A DNA stretch of 64,000 nucleotides from Amycolatopsis taiwanensis DSM 45107. Lineage in GTDB: Bacteria; Actinomycetota; Actinomycetes; Mycobacteriales; Pseudonocardiaceae. Each line of letters starts with the position of its first letter. The stretch's first letter is position 1. A program made the position numbers and the translations under genes. Positions 47,688 to 57,534 of this stretch are shown piece after piece. A model generated the notes under the pieces. It was not told where the DNA came from, ran no database searches, and saw only the letters and a list, made by a program, of their open reading frames with translations. The DNA is taken from assembly GCF_000519205.1 (NCBI RefSeq), contig NZ_JAFB01000005.1, positions 37,724-101,723 of the forward strand, read 5' to 3'.

Positions 47688-49265
47688 ATGGGGGTGCAGG
47701 TGGAGCGCGGGCAGCTGATCTCCGGCCGGTACGAGCTGCTCAAGCGGCTGGGCCGGGGCGGGATGGGCGAGGTGTGGGCCGCGCGGGACCGATCCCTTCA
47801 CCGAGAGGTCGCGCTGAAGGTGCTCGACCTGGACGGCGCCGATCACCCGGACCTGGCGAAGCGCTTCGAACGCGAGGCGGTCGCGGCTGCGCAGATCAAC
47901 CACCCGAACGTGGTCGCCCTGTACGACCGGGGGATCCACGAGGACGTCATGTTCCTCGTCATGGAGAAAGTCGAGGGCGGCACCCTCACCGAGCACATCC
48001 GCGCGGAGAATGCGCTCACGCTGTCGCGTGCCGTAGGGATTGCGAGCGGAATCTGCGCCGCGCTGACGGCCGCACACCAAGCCGGCGTCATCCACTACGA
48101 CATCAAGCCGCACAACGTGATGCTCACCCCGGACGGCCGGGTGAAGGTCCTGGACTTCGGCATCGCGGGGTTCATCCAAGCCACCTTCTCGGTGCCGCAT
48201 TCCTCGCAGCTGGCGCCGGCGTTCACCATCGAATACGCCGCCCCCGAACAGTTCCTCTCCGAACGCGGGGACGAACGCTCGGACCTCTACTCCCTCGGGT
48301 CCGTGCTCTTCGCGCTGCTTGCCCAGCGGCCGCCGTTCACCGGGCACAACGGCGTCGCGGTCATGCGCGCGAAGCTGGACGAGGAGGCGCCCCGCCTCGA
48401 TTCGTTCCGCGACGATCTCCCACCGGCGGTGACGGAACTGGTTGCGGAACTCCTGCAACGCGATCCGGGCCGGCGCCCGCCGTCGGCCCGGCTGGTCGGG
48501 AACCGCCTCGCGCGGCTGCAAACAGCTTCTGCCCAGGCGAAGGTGGACGCGACGAAGGTTTTGCCTGCCACGGACACCGCGACGGCGCGGCCACCGCGGA
48601 CCCGGCGCATGGAAACGACGCCGTCTTCGGAGACGGACGAAGGGTTCGCCATCGGGTGGACGGGAAACGATCCGCTCGACGCCTACGCCGATGCCCACGG
48701 GCTGGGTCGCGTCTACATCCGCCTGAGGGTGGGCGCGATCCTGGGTTTGCTGGGTGTCCTGGTCGCGCTGATCGTGGCACAAGTAGACGGCTTTCCGCCT
48801 GAAATTTGGCTGCCCGTGCTGGTGGTATCGGGTACTGTCGGCGGACAGTCCCTCATCTTCCGTCGCCGGGTCACCCGTGTGTGGCGGCGGGACACGTCCT
48901 CGTGGTCGTTGCGAATCGGGCCGCGGGGCATCCGAACCACCAAGGGGTCGGAGAGCCACGACTACCGTTGGAGCGAGATCCGGAGATTCGGCGTCGAAGA
49001 GGTCTACGCCCCCAAGGGCACAGGTCGAGAACCCCCCGCATCATGCAACGCCGGGCTCTACCTCGAACTCACGGACACCCGGCAGCCGGCTGGGCCCCAG
49101 CCGGTCCACCGTCCGGCAGGGTGGCCGTGGCGACTGGCTCGTGCGGTTGACCGCGACGGGATGATCCCGGTGTGCGTGCTCGGACCGATGACGGATCGGC
49201 AGGAAACCGCACTGTGGGACGCCCTCGCCCAGTACGGTGCGCGGGCGAATACCCAGGGCGAATGA
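47688..49265 (+). CDS. Ser/Thr protein kinase with TM helix and C-terminal PH-like domain
   Basis: Kinase subdomains are GRGGMGEVW, VALKVL, HYDIKPHNVML, DFGIA and APE. A TM helix and a roughly 170-aa C-terminal domain follow. Confidence 0.85.
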   Translation: MGVQVERGQLISGRYELLKRLGRGGMGEVWAARDRSLHREVALKVLDLDGADHPDLAKRFEREAVAAAQINHPNVVALYDRGIHEDVMFLVMEKVEGGTLTEHIRAENALTLSRAVGIASGICAALTAAHQAGVIHYDIKPHNVMLTPDGRVKVLDFGIAGFIQATFSVPHSSQLAPAFTIEYAAPEQFLSERGDERSDLYSLGSVLFALLAQRPPFTGHNGVAVMRAKLDEEAPRLDSFRDDLPPAVTELVAELLQRDPGRRPPSARLVGNRLARLQTASAQAKVDATKVLPATDTATARPPRTRRMETTPSSETDEGFAIGWTGNDPLDAYADAHGLGRVYIRLRVGAILGLLGVLVALIVAQVDGFPPEIWLPVLVVSGTVGGQSLIFRRRVTRVWRRDTSSWSLRIGPRGIRTTKGSESHDYRWSEIRRFGVEEVYAPKGTGREPPASCNAGLYLELTDTRQPAGPQPVHRPAGWPWRLARAVDRDGMIPVCVLGPMTDRQETALWDALAQYGARANTQGE

Positions 49266-49798
49266 TCACTCCGCTTTCGCGGTGGTGAAACTAAAGACCT
49301 CGCGGGCATGCCCGTTCTCGGCGCGGTAGCCGTTATGGTCGATCCACCGGGCCAGCGCCTGATAGGACTCGGCGAGGCTGTCCATGGTGCCGTGGTAGAC
49401 CAGGGTGGCCACCTGGTCCAGTCCCGGTAGCTGGAGTTATCCGATCCCTCCGGTGAGCAGAGATACGGCGCACCGGCCCGTACTTGGACTCGATCGTCGC
49501 CGGTCGGCTCGTACCAGGCCGCTGCGGGCCCGGCGAATGGGAGACCCGCGCGCTGCATATGCTCGGCAAGGCTCCCGCACAACCCACCGACAACCGGGCC
49601 CATGTGTTCATACTCGTAAGACTCGGCAATACCGCTGACCGCGACGACCCGCGCCGGCGCGATAGGTTTGACCACGACATCCACTGTGGACATTGTGTGC
49701 TCCGATTCGATCAATCGAAGTCGCGCCTCGACTCGTGCCAACCGGTCGGTTTGCGTCGCGACCTGATCAGCCAGCTCACTCCGGCGCAGCCGGAGCAT
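49266..49798 (-). pseudogene. MerR-family regulator remnant (coiled-coil + GyrI-like domain), HTH missing and frameshifted
   Basis: GyrI-like sequence is split between two frames around an odd low-GC patch (49431-49480). There is no N-terminal HTH. Confidence 0.55.
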
Positions 49799-49920
49799 GC
49801 CGCGCAGCTGTTGCGGACTCGGCTAGTGGTCAAGCAGGTCGGCAACCTGCCTGAAAGTACCGCGGCAGATTGCAAACCCGATCACGAGGGAGCGATCAGG
49901 AGACGCCAGCGACTCGGTGA

Positions 49921-49942
49921 ACGAACCTGGAACCTATGGATA
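49921..49942. repeat. third, minimal copy of tRNA-Lys 3' att core (19 of 21 identical)
   Basis: acgaacctggaacctatggat compared with tcgaacccggaacctatggat of the tRNA T-arm/anticodon stem. Confidence 0.5.
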
Positions 49943-50163
49943 TGGATCAACTCAGCTCGACGGGTCCGGCTAGTTCCGGTTGTTGCCGGTTAGCGGAGTA
50001 AAACGGCACCCTGGCCACGGCCTTCGTCTAGCGGTATTCGCCGACGCCCACGTTTGAAGGCCCAGTGATCCAGCGGCTTCAGCGTGCCTGAGCGGTCCGG
50101 TGCCAGATCACGGGCCCGCTTAGTGACATCGGGCGCAGCTTCCGCCCGGCTATTCTCATCCCC

Positions 50164-50490
50164 ATGGCGCAGCACTACCCCTTCGTGCGCGATGTCTTCC
50201 CAGACCTCGTCTCCGAGCTGACTACCCTCTTGAAGGAAGAAGGAGAACACGACCTAGCCGTCAGCGCGAGGGATCTGCGCCTTGTAGGCGAGTGTGGCTG
50301 CGGCGATGACTTTTGCCAGAGCATCCGGACGGCAGATCATCCGCGGGGGCAGCCTTATGGCGTTGGCCATCGATGTGTGCCGCTCATGCCCTCGAAAGGC
50401 ATGCTGGTCCTCGACGTCGTGGACGGCCGGATCATGTTCATCGAAGTACTCGATCGACCGCGTATGCGCCGCCAGGATGAGCAGCGGTGA
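50164..50490 (+). CDS. hypothetical protein within decayed islet
   Basis: A 108-aa ORF with no recognisable motifs. Confidence 0.3.
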   Translation: MAQHYPFVRDVFPDLVSELTTLLKEEGEHDLAVSARDLRLVGECGCGDDFCQSIRTADHPRGQPYGVGHRCVPLMPSKGMLVLDVVDGRIMFIEVLDRPRMRRQDEQR

Positions 50491-50727
50491 CTCGCAGGAG
50501 TGGAACAACCTAACCTGCGTTGAGGCCAAGCGGGGCACGGCCGCGACGGCCCAGGGAGGGGTTCCGCTCTTCGCCCTCCCTCTTCGTCCCTGCCGCGAAG
50601 CTCATCGCGAAGCGACGCCGCAGGCGCCCTTGATGCGGCCAGCCTGGCGTAAGACGATCGAGCAGGAAGGGGACTCCTCGTAACTGGTGGCTGCCCAGTC
50701 AGGGAAGCTGATGGCCGCGTGCGGCCG

Positions 50728-51246
50728 TTACGTCACTCGTGAACGTTTGATGGCCCTAAAGTTCAGGCCCAGACCGCGTAACCGGGTGCCTCTGCTCGCC
50801 AGGCAGTTCAGCATCCATGCGCGTTGCTGATCGCTACGACTGCCCCAGGTGTAGCGGAGCGCGCTCACGGAGGTGCGGTGGCCGTTGGGCCGGAGGCCGG
50901 GTATGAGGTTGTCGCACACGTCGGCAAGTTCGCAGATTTGCTCGGAGTAGTCGAGTCCTGGGAAGAACTCGTCGCACATGCTCTCGCGGGTGTGTCCCAT
51001 CGCCCGTATGTAGAGGATCGAGTTATGGACGACGGTGACGACCGCTTGTGCTGCGGCGTCTTGGCGCCGCCTTCGCCACATGCGACACAGTTTTGCAGCA
51101 TCCGACGCCCGATCAATCAAGCTGGCCGTGGCATCGCTTCGCCGGGCCGCCGGCCGGAGCGGAGCGCAGGCCCAGCGGCCACTGGCGGCGGCGCGCTTGC
51201 GCGCCGCTCTTGGCGAAAAACGGCAGTAAAACGGCAGCAAGATCAA
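50728..51246 (-). CDS. hypothetical protein (possible gene fragment) within decayed islet
   Basis: A 172-aa ORF. Only the C-terminal half looks protein-like. Confidence 0.3.
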   Translation of the reverse strand: MILLPFYCRFSPRAARKRAAASGRWACAPLRPAARRSDATASLIDRASDAAKLCRMWRRRRQDAAAQAVVTVVHNSILYIRAMGHTRESMCDEFFPGLDYSEQICELADVCDNLIPGLRPNGHRTSVSALRYTWGSRSDQQRAWMLNCLASRGTRLRGLGLNFRAIKRSRVT

Positions 51247-51267
51247 CAGGGGAAGGGCTCCGGGCCG

Positions 51268-51320
51268 GTGACCTGGGGAGAGAGTGGTCCGCCCGGGGCT
51301 CGAACCCGGAACCTATGGAG
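51268..51320. repeat. duplicate of tRNA-Lys 3' end plus 16 bp of its downstream flank (attR-like, 50 of 53 identical to 52226-52278)
   Basis: ggtgacctggggagagagtggtccgcccggggctcgaacccggaacctatgga compared with the tRNA copy gatgacctgggaagagagtgggccgcccggggctcgaacccggaacctatgga. Confidence 0.8.
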
Positions 51321-51562
51321 TAGTTGGCTACCGGGCCGGTTATTTGCCGTTGCCTGCTGACACCAGTTGTGAGCTGGACTGGATCGCCACACAAACGATC
51401 ACCGGTGCTGGTCGTCTTCGCGCATCTGTCGCCGTTTCATGGGGGTAAAGCGGGGAGATGATCTTGCTGCGGCCAACGGCCCATGCGGCTCAGCGCGATG
51501 ACCTGGCCGTGCGGTCGTCGAAATGCGGCACCGGTACCGGGGCTCATCGTAGACTTGGGGCC

Positions 51563-51772
51563 ATGAGTAGCCCAGAGCGTGACGAGCTGATGCGTCTGGT
51601 CCAGGAGATCCCGGAAGACCAGGTGCCAGACGCGCTACGCGAGCTACGGCGTCACCTCCAGCCCGTCCGCGAGCGGCCATGGCCTCCGGCCTTCTTCGCT
51701 AGCGCCCCCGGCGACGGCGTGAGCATCGCCGAGCAGGCCGACGAACTACTGCGCGAGGGCTTCGGCCGGTAG
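51563..51772 (+). CDS. putative antitoxin (VapB-like) of a degraded TA pair
   Basis: A 69-aa ORF ending with the VapC GTG overlapping its stop (TAGTG). Confidence 0.45.
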   Translation: MSSPERDELMRLVQEIPEDQVPDALRELRRHLQPVRERPWPPAFFASAPGDGVSIAEQADELLREGFGR

Positions 51773-52189
51773 TGATCATCTGCGACACGGCCCCGATCGT
51801 CGCGGCCGCGCTCTACAAGGACCCGGATCACCACCGGTGCGTCGAACTGTTCACCGGCCTACGCCTGGCGAACCGTGAGCTCGTGCTTCCTTCTCCCATC
51901 GTGGCCGAGGTCGGTTATCTGCTCGGCGCCAAGGCTGGTACCCACACCGAGGCCTTCTTCCTCCGCGCCCTGGCCGACCGCGACTTCATCCCCGGCGAAC
52001 TGACTACCGCCGACTACCCCGCATGGCTGAACTAGTCGAGCAGTACCACGACCTACCCCTGGGCACGAGTGACGCATCCGTGATCGCCTGGCCGAACGGC
52101 TGGACGTGGAAGAGGTCGCAACGCTGGACTTGCGGCACTTCACGGTGGTCCGCCCCCGGCACGTCAAGGCGTTCACGTTACTGCCCTGA
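51772..52189 (+). pseudogene. PIN-domain (VapC-like) toxin gene with two frameshifts
   Basis: MIICDTAPIVAAA is in frame 1, ELVEQYHDLPLGTSDASVIA in frame 0, and LAERLDVEEVATLDLRHFTVVRPRHV in frame 2. Confidence 0.6.
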
Positions 52190-52243
52190 TCACTTCCCGC
52201 GGAAGCGGATTGATGTTGTCGCAGCGATGACCTGGGAAGAGAG

Positions 52244-52316
52244 TGGGCCGCCCGGGGCTCGAACCCGGAACCTATGGATTAAAAGTCCACAGCTCTACCA
52301 ATTGAGCTAACGGCCC
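52244..52316 (-). tRNA. tRNA-Lys (anticodon UUU), CCA not encoded
   Basis: The cloverleaf was folded manually. The acceptor is GGGCCGT/GCGGCCC, the D-arm GCTC-AATTGGTA-GAGC, the anticodon arm GTGGA-CTTTTAA-TCCAT, and the T-arm CCGGG-TTCGAGC-CCCGG, with discriminator A. Confidence 0.9.
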
Positions 52317-52368
52317 GCGCCCGTAGTCTAGCGGGAGGCCCGGTGCGGCCGGCCGTGGGTCATGAGGG

Positions 52369-52884
52369 TCACCACTTGCCCCAGTGCACGACCGCGTCGA
52401 AGTCGCGACGGTTCGGGTGGCGCAGGGGGGTGAGGGGGCGGTCGGCGGGGTAGCCGAGCGCGATCATGTAGGCGCAGAGCTTGTCGTCGGGTAGGCCGAG
52501 GATCCGCCGGGCGAGCTTCTGGTCGGCGACGGCGGAGTGGCCGCTGCCGATGCCCAGGTCCGTGGCGGCGAGCATCATGTTCATGGTCGCCTGGCCGAGG
52601 TCGTACTGGGCGGTCGCGCGGGTGTCCTCGTCCGGTGGAACCGAGGTCACGAGCACGATCGTGGCCGCGGATCGGGCGATGTGGCCGGCGCCTTGCCAGA
52701 CCTTGGCCAGCTCGCGCAGCTCGTCCCGGTCGGTGACGATGACGAAGTCCCAGGGCTGCCAGTTCCTCGACGACGGCGAGCGCCGGCCGGCCTCCAGGAT
52801 CTGTTCGAGCCGCTCCCGGGCGATGGGCTCGGCCGTGTAGGTGCGCACGTCCCGCCGTGATCGGATCGCGTCCAAGGTCTCCAT
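52369..52884 (-). CDS. nitroreductase family protein
   Basis: A 171-aa protein with the conserved RRSVRTY-like motif (RRDVRTY) and SxxNxQPW (SSRNWQPW). Confidence 0.85.
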   Translation of the reverse strand: METLDAIRSRRDVRTYTAEPIARERLEQILEAGRRSPSSRNWQPWDFVIVTDRDELRELAKVWQGAGHIARSAATIVLVTSVPPDEDTRATAQYDLGQATMNMMLAATDLGIGSGHSAVADQKLARRILGLPDDKLCAYMIALGYPADRPLTPLRHPNRRDFDAVVHWGKW

Positions 52885-52960
52885 CGATTCAAGGTACTCA
52901 GCCAGCGGGTTTCCCGCTCGGCGAGCAGCGGGCACCCAGTCGTTGGAGGTGAGAAACGAG

Positions 52961-53389
52961 ATGACGACACAATCAGGCGAACGAATCACCGGCGCGCAGC
53001 CGCCCACCCGATCGGCCGGGACCGCCTTCTTCATCGGTGTGCTGCTCCTGGCGGGCCTCTACCTGGTCTTGTCCCCGTGGGTGATCGTTTCCGCGGGGCA
53101 GGTGCGCGTCGGGGTCGCCAACGTCGTCACCGGCGTGGCTCTTGCGCTGCTCGCGGCAGGGTTCGCGCGTTCGGCCGAGCGGCTTCGTTCCTTGGCGTGG
53201 GTGACACCGGTGCTCGGTGCCTGGGTGATCGCCGCACCCTGGGCGGTGTACCGCGGCAGCGGGGTAGCGCCGGTGGACATCGATCCGTCGTTGAGCACCG
53301 CGACCTGGGTGGACAACGTCGTGGTCGGCGCCATCGTGCTGCTGGCGGGCGCCGGGCTGGCCTGGCGCAGCAGCAGGGCCGACCAGTAA
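52961..53389 (+). CDS. SPW-repeat membrane protein
   Basis: It has paired SPW/APW motifs in TM helices (LSPWVIV, AAPWAVY). The ATG is at 52961. Confidence 0.7.
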   Translation: MTTQSGERITGAQPPTRSAGTAFFIGVLLLAGLYLVLSPWVIVSAGQVRVGVANVVTGVALALLAAGFARSAERLRSLAWVTPVLGAWVIAAPWAVYRGSGVAPVDIDPSLSTATWVDNVVVGAIVLLAGAGLAWRSSRADQ

Positions 53390-53504
53390 CTCCTCTAGTA
53401 CATTCGGTTCAACTGAACATGAAAGACTTTCGCGATTGCCAGCTCCGGGATTAGCGTGACCTACCGCACAGTGCCGTGCACGGTCGGACAGAGGAGAGCG
53501 CGCT

Positions 53505-56273
53505 ATGCCCGGAGCAGCACGTCGCGTAGCCGTAGTCCTGGTCGCGGCGATCACGGGGTTCGCCCTCGGCGCACCCGTTCCGCTCGCCCAGGCCGCACAG
53601 GCGAACGACTACTGCCTCGGCCAATGCAGCGACATCCTCCCGCCCGGCGAGAACGGCAATGCGACGCTGGCCGACATTTTGGCCAACCAGCTTCTGGGTA
53701 CCAGGCCCGCGCACACCGCCGACCAGCTGACCGCCTACGGCACGCTCGCGAACAACTACCAGTCGATCACCAACGCCACCATCGACCAGTTCTTCGACAA
53801 CGCGTCCTTCGGTGTCCCCGCCGATCAGGTCGAACGCACCACCAAGCCGCGTTCCGACGTCACCATCGTGCGGGACAAGTCGTTCGGCATCCCGCACATC
53901 TACGGCACGACCCGCGCCGGCACGGAGTTCGGCGCCGGGTACGCGGCCGCGCAGGACCGGCTGTGGCTCATGGACGTCTTCCGGCACGTCGGCCGCGGGC
54001 AGCTGAGCAGCTTCGCCGGTGGCGCCGCGGCCAACCGGCAGCTCGAGCAGACGTTCTGGGCCGCCGCGCCGTACACCGAGCAGGACCTGCGGAACCAGGT
54101 CGCGGCCATCGCCAGCAGCGGTCCGGCCGGGGCACAGGCGCTCGCGGACATCAACGCCTACCTCGACGGGATCAACACCTACATCAACCAGTCGCACCAG
54201 GGCCGGTACTTCCCCGGCGAGTACGTGCTCACCGGCCATGTCGACGCGATCACCAACGTGGGCACCATCGCGCCGTTCACCGCCACCGACCTGATCGCCA
54301 TCGCCGGGGTGGTCGGCGCGCTGTTCGGCAGCGGCGGTGGCGGCGAGGTGCAGTCCGCGCTGGTCAAGCAGGCCGCGGACGCGCGGTACGGGACGGCGAT
54401 CGGGGACGAGGTGTGGCGCTACTTCCGCGCGGAGAACGACCCCGAGGCCGTGCTGACGATCCATAATGGACAGAGCTTCCCGTATTCGGCCAGTCCGTCC
54501 GACCCGGTGGGGGTGGCCATGCCCGACGCCGGATCGGTCACCCCCGCGCAGGAGGTCTTCGAGCCCACCGGCTCGGCGACCAGCGCGACCACGGCGGCGG
54601 CCGGCGTGCTGCCCGCAGACCTGTTGTCCGCCAAGCACGGCATGTCCAACGCGCTCGTGGTCTCCGGGAAGTACACCGACGACGGCCATCCGATCGCCGT
54701 GTTCGGCCCGCAGACCGGATACTTCGCGCCGCAGTTGCTGATGCTGGAGGAGTTGCAGGGCCCCGGGATCAGCGCCCGCGGCGTCTCCTTCGCCGGCACG
54801 AACTTCTACGTCCAACTCGGCCGCGGCCAGGATTACTCGTGGAGCGCGACTTCGGCCGGGCAGGACGTGACCGACACCTTCGCCGTGCCGCTGTGCCGGC
54901 CGGACGGCTCGACGCCGACCAAGGACGCCGACCACTACCTCTACCAGGGCCAGTGCATCGCGATGGAGCCGCTGGAGGTGGACAACTCGTGGCACCCGAC
55001 GGTCGCCGACAGCACCCCGGCCGGCTCGTACAAGCTGATCGTCTACCGGACGAAGTTCGGGCTCGTGCAGTTCCGCGCGACCGTGGGCGGGAAACCCGTG
55101 GCCTACACCAGCCAGCGGTCCAGCTACCAGCACGAGGCCGCGTCGATCATCGGCTTCCAGATGTTCAACAACCCCGAGGACATGGCCACCGCCCAACAGT
55201 TCCAACGGGCCGCGTCGAACATCAACTACACGTTCAATTGGTTCTACGTGAACTCCACCGACATCGCCTACTTCAACTCCGGCGCCAACCCGATTCGACC
55301 CTCCGATGTGGACCCAAACCTGCCCATCGACAGCTCCCACGAATGGCAGAACTGGAACCCCGACACGTTCACCGCCGACTACACGCCTGCGGCCGAGCAT
55401 CCGAACTCGATCAACCAGGACTACTACATCTCCTGGAACAACAAGCAGGCCCTGGACTACACCGCGGCGGGCTTCGGCGAGGGCAGCGTGCACCGCGCCG
55501 ACCTGCTCGACTCCCGGGTGGGAGCCCTGGTGACCAGCGGAACGAAGATCAGCCGGGCGGACCTGGTGAAGGCCATGGAGGACGCCGCCGTGACCGACCT
55601 GCGCGGCGAGGACGTGCTGCGCACGCTGCTGCAGGTGATCAACAGCGAGCCGGTGACCGACCCGGCTCAGGCCGCGCTGGTGAACGAACTCCAGACCTGG
55701 CTGGCGCACGGGGCGAAACGGGTGGAGACCAGGCAAGGCAGCAAGACCTACGCGGACGCGGACGCGATCCGGGTGATGGACGCGTGGTGGCCGCTGCTGG
55801 CGCAGGCGGAGTTCCAGCCGGATCTCGGCGACGACCTGTTCACCGCACTGGTCGGCGCCATCCAGCTCAACGAGTCCCCCTCGGGCGGGCAGACCGGCCC
55901 GAGCGCCGGGCCGGCGGACGCCAACCAGTCCGTCGCGCACAAGGGATCCTCGTTCCAGTACGGGTGGTGGTCCTATGTGGACAAGGATCTCCGCGCGGTG
56001 CTCGGGCAGGACGTGCCCGGCGGGCCGGCACGGAAATACTGCGGTGGGGGCAGTGTTTCCGGCTGCCGGGCGGCGTTGCTCGCCAGCCTCGCCCAGGCCG
56101 GCGCGCAACCGGCCACGACGGTCTACCCGGCCGACTCGTCGTGCGCCGCGGGTGACCAGTGGTGCGCGGACTCGATCATCCAGCGACCGATGGGCGGGAT
56201 CACCGACCCGTCGATCACCTGGCAGAACCGCCCGACCTACCAGCAGGTCGTGCAGTTCCCCGCGCACCGCTGA
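53505..56273 (+). CDS. penicillin acylase (Ntn-hydrolase) family protein, secreted
   Basis: A 922-aa protein with a signal peptide. Its length and architecture fit PF01804-type acylases. Confidence 0.85.
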   Translation: MPGAARRVAVVLVAAITGFALGAPVPLAQAAQANDYCLGQCSDILPPGENGNATLADILANQLLGTRPAHTADQLTAYGTLANNYQSITNATIDQFFDNASFGVPADQVERTTKPRSDVTIVRDKSFGIPHIYGTTRAGTEFGAGYAAAQDRLWLMDVFRHVGRGQLSSFAGGAAANRQLEQTFWAAAPYTEQDLRNQVAAIASSGPAGAQALADINAYLDGINTYINQSHQGRYFPGEYVLTGHVDAITNVGTIAPFTATDLIAIAGVVGALFGSGGGGEVQSALVKQAADARYGTAIGDEVWRYFRAENDPEAVLTIHNGQSFPYSASPSDPVGVAMPDAGSVTPAQEVFEPTGSATSATTAAAGVLPADLLSAKHGMSNALVVSGKYTDDGHPIAVFGPQTGYFAPQLLMLEELQGPGISARGVSFAGTNFYVQLGRGQDYSWSATSAGQDVTDTFAVPLCRPDGSTPTKDADHYLYQGQCIAMEPLEVDNSWHPTVADSTPAGSYKLIVYRTKFGLVQFRATVGGKPVAYTSQRSSYQHEAASIIGFQMFNNPEDMATAQQFQRAASNINYTFNWFYVNSTDIAYFNSGANPIRPSDVDPNLPIDSSHEWQNWNPDTFTADYTPAAEHPNSINQDYYISWNNKQALDYTAAGFGEGSVHRADLLDSRVGALVTSGTKISRADLVKAMEDAAVTDLRGEDVLRTLLQVINSEPVTDPAQAALVNELQTWLAHGAKRVETRQGSKTYADADAIRVMDAWWPLLAQAEFQPDLGDDLFTALVGAIQLNESPSGGQTGPSAGPADANQSVAHKGSSFQYGWWSYVDKDLRAVLGQDVPGGPARKYCGGGSVSGCRAALLASLAQAGAQPATTVYPADSSCAAGDQWCADSIIQRPMGGITDPSITWQNRPTYQQVVQFPAHR

Positions 56274-56295
56274 GCCGCCGCCCCGGGTGGAGGGC

Positions 56296-56874
56296 TCAAT
56301 CGCGGCCGGCGACCTGGGACCGGTGCGACTTGCCGAGTCGCGCCGTCATGCCCTGGGAGGAGGCGCGCAGCATGTCCGCCAGGGTGTCCGGTGGGACCGG
56401 CTGGCCGTGGTCGAGCCAGGTGAGGATCGCCTCGAACATCAGTCGCGGGATGAGGCGTGAAAACCATTCCGTAGCCTCACCGGTCGCGAATCCCTCGGGG
56501 AGGGCGTCGCGGACGAACTGTGCGCTGCGGTCGTCGAACTCCTCGTAGTAGGCCACGAACTCCGGTTCGTGGCGGGCATTGGCGAACAGCATCCGGAACC
56601 GGTCGGGGTCGCGCTGGGCGGCGCGAACCAAGCCCTCCACGGAGCCCGGCCCGACCCCCACGTCGGCGCCTATCTCGGCACGGACGGCGGTACGCGCGTC
56701 GTCCAGGGCGGCGCGGTAGAGGTCCTCTTTGGAATCGAAATGGCGATAGACCACGGCGCGGGTGATGCCCGCTTCCGCGGCGATGTCGTCCAGGGACGAC
56801 TCGCGAAAGCCGCGCCGGGCGAAGAGGGTGATCGCGCAGCCGAGGATCTGCGCGCGACGGTCGTCACGACGCAT
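56296..56874 (-). CDS. TetR-family transcriptional regulator
   Basis: The HTH is LDDIAAEAGITRAVVYRHF. The ATG is at 56874. Confidence 0.85.
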   Translation of the reverse strand: MRRDDRRAQILGCAITLFARRGFRESSLDDIAAEAGITRAVVYRHFDSKEDLYRAALDDARTAVRAEIGADVGVGPGSVEGLVRAAQRDPDRFRMLFANARHEPEFVAYYEEFDDRSAQFVRDALPEGFATGEATEWFSRLIPRLMFEAILTWLDHGQPVPPDTLADMLRASSQGMTARLGKSHRSQVAGRD

Positions 56875-56973
56875 CAGCTTCCGGCCGGCCTGACCTGTCT
56901 TTTGCCGCACGCCCTCATTCTGTAAACTCCACTTGTATACTTTCAAGTCTATACTTGTGAGTAGGGAGTTGTC

Positions 56974-57534
56974 GTGGATGTCGCGTTCCTGGTCCTGAAC
57001 CTGCTCGTCCTCGCGGTCACGCTCGAAAGCGACGTGGGCACCCGCAAGGTGCGGTGGTTCCGGGTGCTCCGCCCGGCGGTCACCGCCCTGATCGCCATCC
57101 CGTTCTTCTTGACCGGGATCGACCTGTCCGGCATCGGCCTGCTCCTCGAGGTCGGCGCCCTCTTCCTTGGCGTGGCAATGGGATACGCCGCCTGCCGGCT
57201 CATGCGTTTCCTCATCGATCCCGGCGACGCCCAGCCACGCACCCGCGCCGGCTGGGCCTACGTCCTCGCCTGGACCGGAGTGATCGCCGTCAAGACGCTC
57301 ATGACCTACGCGGCCACCACGTGGTTTCCCGCGGAACTCGGCCGGTTCATGCTGGACCACCACCTCGGACCCGACTCGATCCGGGCGGCCTTCATCTTCC
57401 TCGCGCTGGGCTCACCGCTGGTGCGGCCGGCCTATCTGTGGATCGGCGGTCAGCGGTTCGCACGGCGACACGGCACCCGGCTCCGCCTGTTCACTCGCCC
57501 CCAGCAGGTCGTGCGGTTCCCCGCGCATCGCTGA
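56974..57534 (+). CDS. hypothetical 5-TM membrane protein divergent from tetR
   Basis: A 186-aa protein. The last 9 codons plus the stop are a copy of the acylase gene tail. Confidence 0.6.
   Translation: MDVAFLVLNLLVLAVTLESDVGTRKVRWFRVLRPAVTALIAIPFFLTGIDLSGIGLLLEVGALFLGVAMGYAACRLMRFLIDPGDAQPRTRAGWAYVLAWTGVIAVKTLMTYAATTWFPAELGRFMLDHHLGPDSIRAAFIFLALGSPLVRPAYLWIGGQRFARRHGTRLRLFTRPQQVVRFPAHR

Noticed and set aside
51283-51325. A second complete tRNA gene.
   Set aside because: Only the T-arm and acceptor 3' half are present. There is no D-arm or anticodon arm, so it is an att duplication and not a tRNA.
53451-56267. A 938-aa minus-strand ORF antisense to the penicillin acylase. Also the 864-aa ORF at 57054..59648.
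   Set aside because: They are antisense or off-frame to strongly supported genes (acylase, RseP) and have Arg/Gly-rich junk composition.
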